A DNA stretch of 64,000 nt from NCBI GenBank assembly GCA_902795435.1, contig CADBLE010000001.1, positions 9,754 through 73,753 on the forward strand. The letters run 5' to 3'. The notes beneath the pieces were generated by a model, which searched no databases, was not told the DNA's origin, and worked only from the letters and a program-made list of their open reading frames with translations. How positions within the stretch are numbered: the stretch's first letter is position 1; each line of letters starts with the position of its first letter. This stretch comes from an uncultured Pseudomonadota bacterium (GTDB lineage: Bacteria > Pseudomonadota > Alphaproteobacteria > Rs-D84). The position numbers and the translations under genes were made by a program. Shown piece after piece: positions 1 to 9,984 of this stretch.

Positions 1-1062
1 GCTTTGACTGACCAAGATCAAATTTATGAAGGCTGGGTAAATGCAGATTATGAAGCGACAAATGAAAATACAACCGTTGTTGCGTGTGGTGATAATGCGA
101 TAATGAATAATTCTATGTTGGGTCGTCGTGCCAAAAACAAAAGCGGTACCAATGTTCGCAGTATGGATGAAATCAGTACTTGGTTGGCCCAGGTTGAACC
201 AGGTGCAAAAAAATCTGGTGAAACACCAGAATCAATTGCTGACAAATATTGTTCTGTGAAAGGCAAAGATGATATTCTGCGTGAAGCCGCTTTGAGTAAA
301 ACTATCCCGACCAAGAAGGCAGCATTATGTATAAATCAGTTGGGAAAAACACAAACAAAAGAAGATGAAGATTGTCCATATATAAACCCAATATATGCGA
401 TTTGTGACACACATGCTTATAATTATGGATTGTCTAAAAATCCATCTGAATCGTCATCTAAGGCGGAATTGCAAGAAATAATCGCACTTAAAACGACAGT
501 TATTACACAGCAATTATACAAACAATATGAATATTTATCCGCAACATTACGCAGATTAAAGATTCAATTGGAAAAGGCAGTTTTGACCGCAAATCTTGAA
601 GCGGCGGGTGCGAAAGATGGTGAATCTTCTTCTTCTAAAACTGGTGGTTTGGCGGGCGGTTCGTCCAGTTCTGATAAACAAAACGGAATATATTTGCCAA
701 ATGCACAAAATTGTTCTTTGGTTTATGACCCATATGTTGCCTATGGTTGTTTGCAACAGAATGCAACAATTATATCTCAAGAATACAAAACCAAAAACGC
801 TGTAAAACAATTACGTGAAACATTGGCCAGTGCTTTTTATGTTTTTGGTGATGATGCAAAATCTACATTGGCTAGTTCTTGTCCGGAATGTGTAGAAACC
901 AAAGATGGAAAATATTTTGTGAAAGACAAATGTGATTCTTTCTCGTCCAAGGACAAGATAAAGCAATGTGCGGTTGCTATAAATTGGGCAGTGAATGCAG
1001 ATAAACAGGCAAAAGAAAACGAAAAAAGTGGCGTTAATGTATTAAAGGGGTTGTTAAAATAG
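1..1062 (+). CDS. C-terminal part of a Cys-rich, probably exported protein (5' end outside window)
   Basis: Frame 1 is open from nt 1. The track ORF starts on TTG at 4, so the true start lies upstream. It has many Cys, a Ser/Gly linker (GESSSSKTGGLAGGSSSS), and a hairpin terminator follows. Confidence 0.6.
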   Translation, partial: ALTDQDQIYEGWVNADYEATNENTTVVACGDNAIMNNSMLGRRAKNKSGTNVRSMDEISTWLAQVEPGAKKSGETPESIADKYCSVKGKDDILREAALSKTIPTKKAALCINQLGKTQTKEDEDCPYINPIYAICDTHAYNYGLSKNPSESSSKAELQEIIALKTTVITQQLYKQYEYLSATLRRLKIQLEKAVLTANLEAAGAKDGESSSSKTGGLAGGSSSSDKQNGIYLPNAQNCSLVYDPYVAYGCLQQNATIISQEYKTKNAVKQLRETLASAFYVFGDDAKSTLASSCPECVETKDGKYFVKDKCDSFSSKDKIKQCAVAINWAVNADKQAKENEKSGVNVLKGLLK

Positions 1063-1084
1063 AAACTGTAATAATCAAAAATTC

Positions 1085-1110
1085 AACCGTCCGAAAGGGC
1101 GGTTTTTTAT
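1085..1110 (+). terminator. Rho-independent terminator
   Basis: AACCGTCC-GAAA-GGGCGGTT stem-loop followed by a T-tract. Confidence 0.6.
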
Positions 1111-1214
1111 TATTAAAAATTGTGTTTTTGTATAATTTGCATAAATTTTTATACAAAATGTATATCAAAATATGTGTTATTTAATAAAATGGCATAAAAA
1201 TTTGTGCAAAATAG

Positions 1215-1242
1215 TTGACTTTTGTTGTTTTGTAGATATAAT
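1215..1242 (+). promoter_or_regulatory. sigma70-type promoter for rplU-rpmA
   Basis: TTGACT (1215-1220), 16-nt spacer, TATAAT (1237-1242). Confidence 0.55.
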
Positions 1243-1308
1243 CTGTATAAACATTTTGCCAAAAGCGAAATTTTTAACAATAACAATATAAACAAAAGAG
1301 AAAGAAAA

Positions 1309-1608
1309 ATGGCTACATTTGCAATCTTTCAAACTGGTGGAAAACAATACCGCGTATCAGAAGGCGATATTGTAAAGGTTGAAAAACTGAATGCTACTGG
1401 TGAGGTTAGTTTTGACCAGGTTTTAATGGTCGCAGACAAAGTTGGTAATCCTTTTGTAGAAGGTGCCAAAGTTGTCGCAGAAGTCGTTGAACAAACACGT
1501 GATGACAAAGTTTTGGTGTTCAAGAAAAAACGTCGCCAAAATTATCGCAGAACTGCCGGTCATCGTCAGTTTATCACTGTGTTGAAAATTAAATCAATCA
1601 AGGCCTAG
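1309..1608 (+). CDS. rplU: 50S ribosomal protein L21
   Basis: [27 protein letters not shown]... is a typical L21 N-terminus. The internal ATG at 1309 has an AG-rich leader; the track start at 1222 is an artefactual extension. Confidence 0.93.
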   Translation: MATFAIFQTGGKQYRVSEGDIVKVEKLNATGEVSFDQVLMVADKVGNPFVEGAKVVAEVVEQTRDDKVLVFKKKRRQNYRRTAGHRQFITVLKIKSIKA

Positions 1609-1638
1609 TGACAGACCCAAAACGTAAGGAGTTTAATC

Positions 1639-1905
1639 ATGGCACATAAGAAAGCCGGTTCAGCATCAACAAACGGACGCGATTCAGCCGGACGCAGATT
1701 GGGTGTAAAGAAAAGTGGCGGCAGCCGCGTTATCCCAGGTAACATCATTATTCGTCAGCGTGGAACAGCGGTCCATCCTGGTCTTAATGTTGGTATGGGC
1801 AAAGACCATACTTTGTTCGCAAAGATTGCTGGAATCGTTACATTTAAACGTGGAAACGGCGACAGAAAAACAGTTTCTGTTGTTCCAGATACTGAATCTA
1901 AATAA
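1639..1905 (+). CDS. rpmA: 50S ribosomal protein L27 (no N-terminal propeptide)
   Basis: [25 protein letters not shown]...[11 protein letters not shown] is the L27 signature. AGGAG RBS lies upstream. Confidence 0.95.
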   Translation: MAHKKAGSASTNGRDSAGRRLGVKKSGGSRVIPGNIIIRQRGTAVHPGLNVGMGKDHTLFAKIAGIVTFKRGNGDRKTVSVVPDTESK

Positions 1906-1913
1906 TAAAAAAA

Positions 1914-1968
1914 AGACCACCCAATCGGGTGGTTTTTTTATACCCGTTTTTTTACGGGTATTTTTTTG
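1914..1968 (+). terminator. Tandem Rho-independent terminators
   Basis: ACCACCC-AATC-GGGTGGT plus T-run, then TACCCG-TTTTTTT-ACGGGTA plus T-run. Confidence 0.65.
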
Positions 1969-1997
1969 TGTAAATGCTTTTTTTTACCGTTTTTTTG

Positions 1998-2006
1998 TGG
2001 TATAAT
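1998..2006 (+). promoter_or_regulatory. Extended -10 promoter element (TGGTATAAT)
   Basis: TGnTATAAT lies 15 nt upstream of the AAGGAAA RBS/ATG of the 2021 gene. Confidence 0.45.
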
Positions 2007-2020
2007 AAAACACAAGGAAA

Positions 2021-4390
2021 ATGAGAAAGTTTATAGCACTTTTGGTTGTTTTTTATACTGCAAATTGTTTTGCGGCAGATACAACTATATCCCGTGTGAT
2101 TCCAAACAAGGCAAATTCTGATAATTCAACCGTTCAAACAACCGCTGAAACACAACGTGTTGCGCGTCGTGGTGCAAATCAATCAGCAAATGGTGATGTT
2201 GAAAATCGTGCTGCGGCTTCTCGTACAATTTCTCGTGTTGTAAATAATAAACAATCAGATACAAATGCGCGTTCACAAAAAACAGGTGTTGTTTCTCGTT
2301 CTGGAACCAGAAACACAAATGCGCGTGCAACAATGCAAGAAACAATAGGTAACGTCGGACAAAGTAAACGTGTTGCGGCGGCCAGTGTGAACAGCACAGC
2401 AGCGGTCAGACGTGCGGGGGTTGTTTTGCGTGCTTCTACTGCGGAAGTTGGTGGTCGTGCAACAATTGGTGATACGGGTGTGCAAACTGGTTCTAATATG
2501 GACGAACAGGTTCGTGGTGTTCATTCCCGTGCAGGTATTTTTGGAAACAGTGTTAAAAAACAACAAACTGTACCAACTGCGGAATCTATTGCAGAAGCAA
2601 AAGATATTTTGGAAAGAACTGCGGATTTGAACAGTGTATGCCAACAACAATACAATGATTGTATGGACCAATTCTGTGCGGTTGTGGATACAAACCAAAA
2701 AAGATGTTCTTGTTCTGCAAATCTGGCTAAATATGCCAAGGCACAAAAGGCCGTAGAAGATGCAAATCTTGAATTAAATGATGTTGCCCAACGTATTCGT
2801 TATGTCGGTTTGTCCGCTGATGAAATTCGTGCAATTATGTCTGAAACAGAAGCAGAACAGGCAATGTCCCGTACACGCGATAACACAACAAATCGTTCTA
2901 TGTTGGAAGATATTGCAGATATGATAAAAGATCCAACTGCATCAACTGTGTCATATACACAAACATCCAATGGAAATATGATGTTAGATATGGATATGGA
3001 TTTTTCATCTGATTCCGGGGATATGTTCGGGTTGGATATGTTTAACAATTCATCATCTGATATTTCTAATAAACGTGGTCGTGAATTGTATAAAGAAGCA
3101 ACAAAACGTTGTAAATCTGTATTGAATTCTTGCAAAGACGCCGGTGGAACAGAAGCGCAAATCACAGGTAATTATGATTTGGCAATTGATAAAGATTGTA
3201 TTGCATACGAACAGGGTCTTGAAAAATTAAATAAAACATTGGTTTCAAATGTTCGTAGTGCGAATTTGATGTTGCAAAAAGCGCGTTTATCTGTGATGCA
3301 AAACAAAAACCAATATGATACCAAGGGCTGTGTTGCTGCATTGGAAACATGTATGTTAGATGAAATGGTTTGTGGTGAAAACTATATCAAATGTGTTGAC
3401 CCAACTAAAAAATACATAGATGAAAATGGTAATGTTGTTTTGGGCAGAAATATTGCTGCAATTACAGATATTATGACTAATTTCAACAATTCTAAAATAA
3501 ATTCAGAATTTATTAAATCATCTATAAATGATACGGCGTGTGAAAATCGTGATGGTGCATGTATTGTTGGTTATTTGATGTCTAAAATTGGAACAGGTCC
3601 AACCGTAAAAGAAGGTGGTTTATGTCGTGCGGTTTTGGATAAATGTCAACAGGTTTCTTATAATTCAGGAAACAAAAAATCTACATATAATCCATACAAT
3701 GATGTTATTGTAAATTATATCCAACGTGCAATGGTAAATATCAAAGCGGCACAATCAAAAATTATATCTGAATATGCATCTACATGTATGGCTAATATAT
3801 CAACTTGCTATAATCAACAGGTAAATCAGGTTTCGTCTTGGGCTACATCAGCCAGTGCGGACAGTATTTACAGTGTTATGACGGGTGCTTGTTATAATGT
3901 TGCGTTGACATGTGGTTATGCGGTGTTTGCGTATGATTTACCAATGGCACAAAAGGTGGCCTCTTATACTGAAGCGTGTAACAGTTGTAAAAATACCAAT
4001 AATTGTACTGCGACAGATACTTGTTCTGCATGTGCAAGTGTATGTAATGCGAATACAATAGATAAACAACAAAAACTTGCTCTAATCCAGGGGATATCCG
4101 ATTTGTTCTATCAATCATTGTTGTGTCCAGATAATGCAAGATTTGTTGCAGATGGTGCGAAAACTGTATCTGATAATGGAACAATTGGTGGCTATGTAAA
4201 TGCACGCTGTCAATGTGAAAAGAATTATACTGTATATGATGGCGCATGTGTTACAAGTTGCGCGACTACAGAAATTCGTAATAATTTAGGTGCATGTACA
4301 GCATGTTCAACAGGTAACCCTAATGGTGGTGGAACAATTACAATAGATGATATTACATTTACGACAGAAAATACAAAATGCACCCAATAA
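2021..4390 (+). CDS. Large Cys-rich exported protein (789 aa), function unknown
   Basis: Signal peptide MRKFIALLVVFYTANCFA. It is followed by about 170 aa of Arg/Ser/Thr/Asn-rich low complexity with reiterated ISRV/VVSRS motifs, an acidic Met/Asp stretch, and dozens of Cys to the C-terminus. Confidence 0.75.
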   Translation: MRKFIALLVVFYTANCFAADTTISRVIPNKANSDNSTVQTTAETQRVARRGANQSANGDVENRAAASRTISRVVNNKQSDTNARSQKTGVVSRSGTRNTNARATMQETIGNVGQSKRVAAASVNSTAAVRRAGVVLRASTAEVGGRATIGDTGVQTGSNMDEQVRGVHSRAGIFGNSVKKQQTVPTAESIAEAKDILERTADLNSVCQQQYNDCMDQFCAVVDTNQKRCSCSANLAKYAKAQKAVEDANLELNDVAQRIRYVGLSADEIRAIMSETEAEQAMSRTRDNTTNRSMLEDIADMIKDPTASTVSYTQTSNGNMMLDMDMDFSSDSGDMFGLDMFNNSSSDISNKRGRELYKEATKRCKSVLNSCKDAGGTEAQITGNYDLAIDKDCIAYEQGLEKLNKTLVSNVRSANLMLQKARLSVMQNKNQYDTKGCVAALETCMLDEMVCGENYIKCVDPTKKYIDENGNVVLGRNIAAITDIMTNFNNSKINSEFIKSSINDTACENRDGACIVGYLMSKIGTGPTVKEGGLCRAVLDKCQQVSYNSGNKKSTYNPYNDVIVNYIQRAMVNIKAAQSKIISEYASTCMANISTCYNQQVNQVSSWATSASADSIYSVMTGACYNVALTCGYAVFAYDLPMAQKVASYTEACNSCKNTNNCTATDTCSACASVCNANTIDKQQKLALIQGISDLFYQSLLCPDNARFVADGAKTVSDNGTIGGYVNARCQCEKNYTVYDGACVTSCATTEIRNNLGACTACSTGNPNGGGTITIDDITFTTENTKCTQ

Positions 4391-4419
4391 AAAACCGAAA
4401 TTAAATTCGGTTTTTTTTA
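4389..4419. terminator. Bidirectional hairpin terminator between convergent genes
   Basis: AACCGAA-loop-TTCGGTT flanked by an A-run and a T-run. Confidence 0.6.
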
Positions 4420-5103
4420 TTTTTTTGGATTTAACAAATTGTCCATAAATTCTTCGTGAATTTGTAATTCGTCTGCGGGTATGTCAAAATGACGAATTGG
4501 GAAATCGCCATTTGTTTTCGGTGTGTTCAGAAATGCTTCGTGTTGTTTTTTGATATAATCTTTTATGTCTTCTACCTGGTCTGTTTTTTCAAGTTCCAAA
4601 TAAACATTTGCCAATATTTCAGAGTCAATCAATGCCCCGTGTGCATCTGCACGTGCGGTTAAAGATACACCAAAATATTTTGCCAATGCATCCAGGTTAA
4701 ATACCTTTAATTGGTATAAACGATTACGTGCGATAACAAGTGAATCTATCATTTGTTCGCGTGGAATTTGTTTTAACCCCAGATTTGATAATTCTTTATT
4801 TACAAATGGAAAGTCAAAGTCCAATCCGTTGTGTGCAACAATTGGGGAATCGCCGATGTATTCAAGAAATTTTGGTCCAACAACGGCCATTGTTGGTTTG
4901 TCTTCCAAAAAAGCATTTGATATTTTATGAACCATATATGATTCAGGTGGAATAACTTTGCCTTCTGGGTTTATATATTCGTGAAACGAATTGTCTGTGA
5001 TTTTATTATCTATTATTTCCACAGCACCGATTTCAATACATCTGTCGCCGTGCATATAATCAAGACCAGTAGATTCAATATCAAAACAAATAATTCGTGA
5101 CAT
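4417..5103 (-). CDS. dnaQ: DNA polymerase III epsilon subunit-like 3'-5' exonuclease
   Basis: DEDDh motifs: FDIESTGL, HNGLDFDFPF, HGALIDSEILANVY. Length 228 aa. Confidence 0.85.
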   Translation of the reverse strand: MSRIICFDIESTGLDYMHGDRCIEIGAVEIIDNKITDNSFHEYINPEGKVIPPESYMVHKISNAFLEDKPTMAVVGPKFLEYIGDSPIVAHNGLDFDFPFVNKELSNLGLKQIPREQMIDSLVIARNRLYQLKVFNLDALAKYFGVSLTARADAHGALIDSEILANVYLELEKTDQVEDIKDYIKKQHEAFLNTPKTNGDFPIRHFDIPADELQIHEEFMDNLLNPKK

Positions 5104-5185
5104 AACAAAAAACCTATTGTTTTATTTAACAAAATGATTGTATAGAAAACTTTTATAAATTACAATACGGAAAATTGGATTTTCT

Positions 5186-7258
5186 ATGAATTATATGAAT
5201 GATTTGAATCAAGAACAAAAACAAGCCGTAGAGACAGTTTGTGGGCCGTTGTTGGTGTTATCTGGGGCGGGAACTGGTAAAACACGGGTTTTGACATCTC
5301 GTATTGCACATATTTTATATCAAGGTTTTGCAAATCCATGGCAAATATTGGCTCTGACTTTTACGAACAAAGCCGCAAATGAAATGCGTTTTCGTGTTGC
5401 ACAATATGAAGAAATAGCACATCTGTGTCGTGATTTGTGGATGGGAACATTTCATTCAATATGTTTGCGAATTTTGCGTGCAAACAGTGAATTGGTTGGA
5501 TTACGACGCGATTTCTTGATTTATGACGATAGCCAACAGCAAAAAATCTTGAAACATGTTATGGAAAATTTAGGACTAAGCACAAAAGAATATAGTCCTG
5601 CTGATTGGGTGGATAGAATATCAAATATCAAAGACAAAGGTGTCTATGATATTGATAAATTAGTATTGTCTGATATAGCAAAAAAAATACTTGCCGAATA
5701 TAACGCAGAATTAGCCCGTACAGGCGCAATAGATTTCGGAGATATAATCTTATATGTTATTAAATTATTTTCTACCAACGAAGAAATTTTGCGTAAATAT
5801 CAACGCCAATTCAAATTCATTTTGGTTGATGAATTTCAGGATACAAATGCGGCACAAATGAAATTATTAAAATTGCTGACCGCCGGTGAAGAATCACCAA
5901 ATATATGTTGTGTTGGTGATGATGACCAATCTATTTATTCGTGGCGTGGTGCGGAAATAAGAAATATTCTAGATTTCAACAAGACATATAAAGATACAAA
6001 GATAATTCGCCTTGAAACAAATTATCGCAGCAGTGGAAATATATTGGGTGCTGCAAATTCTTTGATAAGAAATAATAAAGAACGTTTGGGTAAAGAATTG
6101 AAAAAATCTCCAAATGCAGATATGGGTGAAAGTGTTTATGTTTTAACAATGCCTAATGAATGGGAAGAAGCGCGTTTTATTGCAGACACAATTCAACGAA
6201 ATGGAAATAATAATTACAATGATTTTGTTGTTTTAATCAGGGCGGGTTCAATATCCAGAACATTTGAAGAAGAATTTAATTCACGTGGAATACCATATAA
6301 AATAATTGGTGCTACAAAATTCTATGAACGTGAAGAAATAAAAGATACAATCAGTTATATCAGATTATTGGTTTATCCATTTGATGATATTTCTTTTGAA
6401 AGAATTATTTCTAAACCAAGTCGTCAAATCGGTGGCGCAACAATAAACAAATTGCGTGCCAGTGGTAAAAGTTTGATGGACGCAATTAAAACTGAAAAAT
6501 TATCTGCAAAACAAAGTGCAAATATTCAATCTTTTATAAATGCTTTTGATTTTGATTGGCAAAACATGGAACCAAAAGAAGCGGTTAAAACATTGTTAGA
6601 AACCAGTGGCTATTTGGATATGTGGCGCAATTCTAAAAACGAAGACGACAAAGAAAGAATTGAACATATCAAAGATTTATTAGATGTAATTTCTAAATAT
6701 GATAATTTGCCGTTGTTTTTGGAACATGCTGCGTTGATGATGACTGATGATAATGATAATGAATCAGAAGATAAAAATATGGTTTATATCATGACAATTC
6801 ATGCGGCCAAGGGACTTGAATTTGCAAATGTATTTTTACCTGCATGGGAAGAGGGTATATTTCCAAATGATAAAACTACCAAGGAAGGTGATTTAGAAGA
6901 AGAAAGAAGATTGGCGTATGTTGCAATTACACGTGCCAGAAAACGTGTGATTATAACAAATGCTATGGCGCGAACTGTTTTTGGAGAAAGAAGATATAAT
7001 CCGCCGTCCAGATTTATAAATGAAATAGATAAATCTTTTGTAAAATCATTTGGTGATTATGATAGTGTTGTTGAACATAAAACTGTACAGCATCATGTGT
7101 CAAAACCGAAAAAGCAAGACAGCATTGTTGGTAAAATGGTTAAACATAAAACTTTGGGTAATGGTGTAGTTATTGCTGAAAACGGAAATGTTTTAACGAT
7201 TGCTTTCAAAAGCAAGGGTGTAAAAAATATTGTTCGTGAATTTATAGAATTTATTTAA
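5186..7258 (+). CDS. uvrD: UvrD/PcrA/Rep-family ATP-dependent DNA helicase
   Basis: Walker A GAGTGKT, DEFQDT, YSWRGA, TIHAAKGLEF, VAITRAR motifs. Confidence 0.88.
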   Translation: MNYMNDLNQEQKQAVETVCGPLLVLSGAGTGKTRVLTSRIAHILYQGFANPWQILALTFTNKAANEMRFRVAQYEEIAHLCRDLWMGTFHSICLRILRANSELVGLRRDFLIYDDSQQQKILKHVMENLGLSTKEYSPADWVDRISNIKDKGVYDIDKLVLSDIAKKILAEYNAELARTGAIDFGDIILYVIKLFSTNEEILRKYQRQFKFILVDEFQDTNAAQMKLLKLLTAGEESPNICCVGDDDQSIYSWRGAEIRNILDFNKTYKDTKIIRLETNYRSSGNILGAANSLIRNNKERLGKELKKSPNADMGESVYVLTMPNEWEEARFIADTIQRNGNNNYNDFVVLIRAGSISRTFEEEFNSRGIPYKIIGATKFYEREEIKDTISYIRLLVYPFDDISFERIISKPSRQIGGATINKLRASGKSLMDAIKTEKLSAKQSANIQSFINAFDFDWQNMEPKEAVKTLLETSGYLDMWRNSKNEDDKERIEHIKDLLDVISKYDNLPLFLEHAALMMTDDNDNESEDKNMVYIMTIHAAKGLEFANVFLPAWEEGIFPNDKTTKEGDLEEERRLAYVAITRARKRVIITNAMARTVFGERRYNPPSRFINEIDKSFVKSFGDYDSVVEHKTVQHHVSKPKKQDSIVGKMVKHKTLGNGVVIAENGNVLTIAFKSKGVKNIVREFIEFI

Positions 7259-8542
7259 TTATTTGCTGGCCCATTCCTTTATCAATTTACCAGCAAATTT
7301 TTTGGCGTTACCCCACATCTGTTTTGTGTCATTCTTTAGTTTTTCACCAAATGAATTATCTATACTGCCACCAATTTCTTTGGTTATTTCGTCTGCTTTA
7401 CCCAGTATGTGTAATACCAAACAACCACATAAAATATTTGTCATTGCAGTGCCAACAACATAGGTTGTATTTGCACCTGTTTTTACAATATAGGATAACA
7501 ATGATGCCGCAATCGCAATCACAATAGACAGAGATACAAAATAAATTGCAGTATTTATAAATGTTGCGATTACTTCTGATAATTTTTTAGTGTTGAATAC
7601 TTTCAAGAATCCAGAAAATATTTGACCTGCATAATTTGTTTCTTTTATTGTTGGCATAGATTCTGCCAATGCAGTAAATGGTAACATTAACAGAGTTAAA
7701 AATAAATCTGCAACAATACCTAATGTCATAAATGCGTATTTCAAAATAGATTTTATAAATATATATAAAGAAATAATGCCCATTACAACGGCGGTTGCGC
7801 TGGATCCAAATCCGTTGATTATCCATTTAAAACTTAAACTGATTGCGTTATAGAAATATACAGAAAGACGAGCAGGCAAACACATAATGTTTGCAGCAGT
7901 TTGTGAATCTACAAGTAATTTAGCGGAAGAATTCGTGTTCACATATTGTTGAATTGTGGTGCATGTGTCTGGAATATCTATGTGATATGTTTCTGCAACA
8001 GAAGACAATATGAAATCAGATATGTATCTGCCCAATGAAATAATAGGGTTTATAATCATAGTAAATATTTTTGCAGGCCCATAATTCAATATAATTATCC
8101 ATATTGCAATTATAATTCCTTTCTTGAATATATCATATACAACGGTTTTATAATCACTTGATTCACGAATCATCTTGTATGCTTCCAATCCAATCCAAAA
8201 TGCATACATGAAAAACAAGAATATGATTGTAAATCGGACCAAAGATATTTGTAAAACAGAATCTATGGAAGAAAGTGCCTTCATAAATGCCAAACCAATT
8301 TTTACTTCCAATGGAACAAAATCAGAAGAATGTAAATGTGTATCAAATTTATTTTGAAAAGATGTCATATCTTCTTTCATGCCATTATTCACAACATCCA
8401 TATTAGATTGCGTCACCCATGAACCGAACTCTCCAATTTCACCCAATGGTAAATTAGTATCCGCGAAAGAATTAAAACATAAACACCAACCGCATAAAAT
8501 GCACGCAAAAAACATTTTCAAGATACTTATAAATTTTTTCAT
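7259..8542 (-). CDS. VirB6/TrbL-like polytopic membrane protein, paralogue 1 of 5
   Basis: Signal/anchor, Cys-pair loop, multiple TM helices, and tail KQMWGNAKKFAGKLIKEW. Homologous by eye to the four neighbouring ORFs. The family call rests on architecture only. Confidence 0.5.
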   Translation of the reverse strand: MKKFISILKMFFACILCGWCLCFNSFADTNLPLGEIGEFGSWVTQSNMDVVNNGMKEDMTSFQNKFDTHLHSSDFVPLEVKIGLAFMKALSSIDSVLQISLVRFTIIFLFFMYAFWIGLEAYKMIRESSDYKTVVYDIFKKGIIIAIWIIILNYGPAKIFTMIINPIISLGRYISDFILSSVAETYHIDIPDTCTTIQQYVNTNSSAKLLVDSQTAANIMCLPARLSVYFYNAISLSFKWIINGFGSSATAVVMGIISLYIFIKSILKYAFMTLGIVADLFLTLLMLPFTALAESMPTIKETNYAGQIFSGFLKVFNTKKLSEVIATFINTAIYFVSLSIVIAIAASLLSYIVKTGANTTYVVGTAMTNILCGCLVLHILGKADEITKEIGGSIDNSFGEKLKNDTKQMWGNAKKFAGKLIKEWASK

Positions 8543-9984
8543 TCTAATTTATCTTTTAATTTATCATAAATGTTTCCTGGTATGTTATACACGGTTTTTC
8601 CAAAATTTTTCAACCAAACACCGTATTCAAACACATCTTTGGAATCTTTATCTTTCAACATATCGTCAATTTTTGGAGAAACAATCCATGCGTATAAAAA
8701 GTATATACTGAACATAAATAATAAAAATTCAAAACCAGAATCCATGAAATCAAACGCCCCAGGATACTTTGATTCTACTGTCGCTTTTTTTGCATGGAAA
8801 CATTGCTTAAATATGTCTTTGTCCATTTTGCCATCTTTTAGAGCGACTTTTTCACAATCAGAAAATACCTTCATAACAGACATTGCTTCTGGGGAAGCGG
8901 CTTCTTTTTTTGTGTGTCCCATCAAAGGTGGCATTATTGTTGTGAAACTGTCTTCTGGTGATGGATAATACGCGTCCGCAGCAAAGAATACAACCGCATA
9001 AATAATTGTTATTTTAAGTGATATTTTCAATATCTTTATACTGGATGTAATAAGTATGCCTACGGACGCGTCAAATAAACCTTTGGCTAACCCCCACACC
9101 TTTTCAAATGCGGCCGCTGCAATAAGTAGTGGCATAAATATTATTATAAATATCAACCTGAATAATACATTTAATACCTGGAATATTAAATCAAATCCAA
9201 TAATCATAAATATTATTACCAGTGCCAATCCAGCCAGCCATGTGAATACACCGCCACCCAGTCCCATCCATGCATAATTCATCAAAGCAAAACCACCACC
9301 AGCACCAGCCAACATAACCGTATTCAGATTTCCCATAACGCACATGAAAGGTTTTAATACAGGATTCAATATGTCTTCATCTTGAGAAGTGGTTTTAGGA
9401 ATTTCACATGTTGTGCCACTGATTACACCAGTTGCAGCCATTGATAAAGTTGAACCAATATATAAAACAGGTGTAACAACCACATTTGTTGTTGCTCTTA
9501 AAACACCGGTGCCCCCCCAATTCATAATGCCCAAAAATGCGGCGGCTATTAAAATTCTGAGACCTGTTTTCCATACACTATCAAACCATTTTTTGAAATC
9601 CATTTCTGGTTCTTTATTGGTCAAATCTATAACATCTTTTGATGTAGCGTTTTCGCGCAAGAATTTTAATGTGTGATATATTATGAATAAACCAAAGCCA
9701 ATAACCATCAATATCCATAAATTGTGAATTATTGCATTCCAAAACATTTCTGTTGCACGTCCCAGAACTGCAAATAAATCTTGAATATAACCACATAAAA
9801 AACAACCGTTTGCAGATGCAATATCACCATTTTCAACACCAATTTGTGTCATGAAGGCATCAACGCTGGTATATGATAAAGAAGCCCCGCCAAGTGATGA
9901 AGATAAATACCAAATTCCGCACCCAATCGCGACTGCGAAGACAAGTGTTTTTAACAAAAGTTTTATCAACATTGTTTTTATCAT
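8539..9984 (-). CDS. VirB6/TrbL-like polytopic membrane protein, paralogue 2 of 5
   Basis: CFLCGYIQD motif before the first core helix, Cys-pair loop, many TM helices. Its stop overlaps the downstream start by 4 nt. Confidence 0.5.
   Translation of the reverse strand: MIKTMLIKLLLKTLVFAVAIGCGIWYLSSSLGGASLSYTSVDAFMTQIGVENGDIASANGCFLCGYIQDLFAVLGRATEMFWNAIIHNLWILMVIGFGLFIIYHTLKFLRENATSKDVIDLTNKEPEMDFKKWFDSVWKTGLRILIAAAFLGIMNWGGTGVLRATTNVVVTPVLYIGSTLSMAATGVISGTTCEIPKTTSQDEDILNPVLKPFMCVMGNLNTVMLAGAGGGFALMNYAWMGLGGGVFTWLAGLALVIIFMIIGFDLIFQVLNVLFRLIFIIIFMPLLIAAAAFEKVWGLAKGLFDASVGILITSSIKILKISLKITIIYAVVFFAADAYYPSPEDSFTTIMPPLMGHTKKEAASPEAMSVMKVFSDCEKVALKDGKMDKDIFKQCFHAKKATVESKYPGAFDFMDSGFEFLLFMFSIYFLYAWIVSPKIDDMLKDKDSKDVFEYGVWLKNFGKTVYNIPGNIYDKLKDKLE

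Noticed and set aside
1222-1308. N-terminal extensions in the ORF track (1222 for rplU, 12561, 22769, 38793, 53885..54100, 37575..37637, 43413, 56464, 53991)
   Set aside because: In each case an internal ATG preceded by an SD or a -10 element gives a product that begins with the expected family N-terminus or a signal peptide. The extensions run through promoter or terminator sequence.
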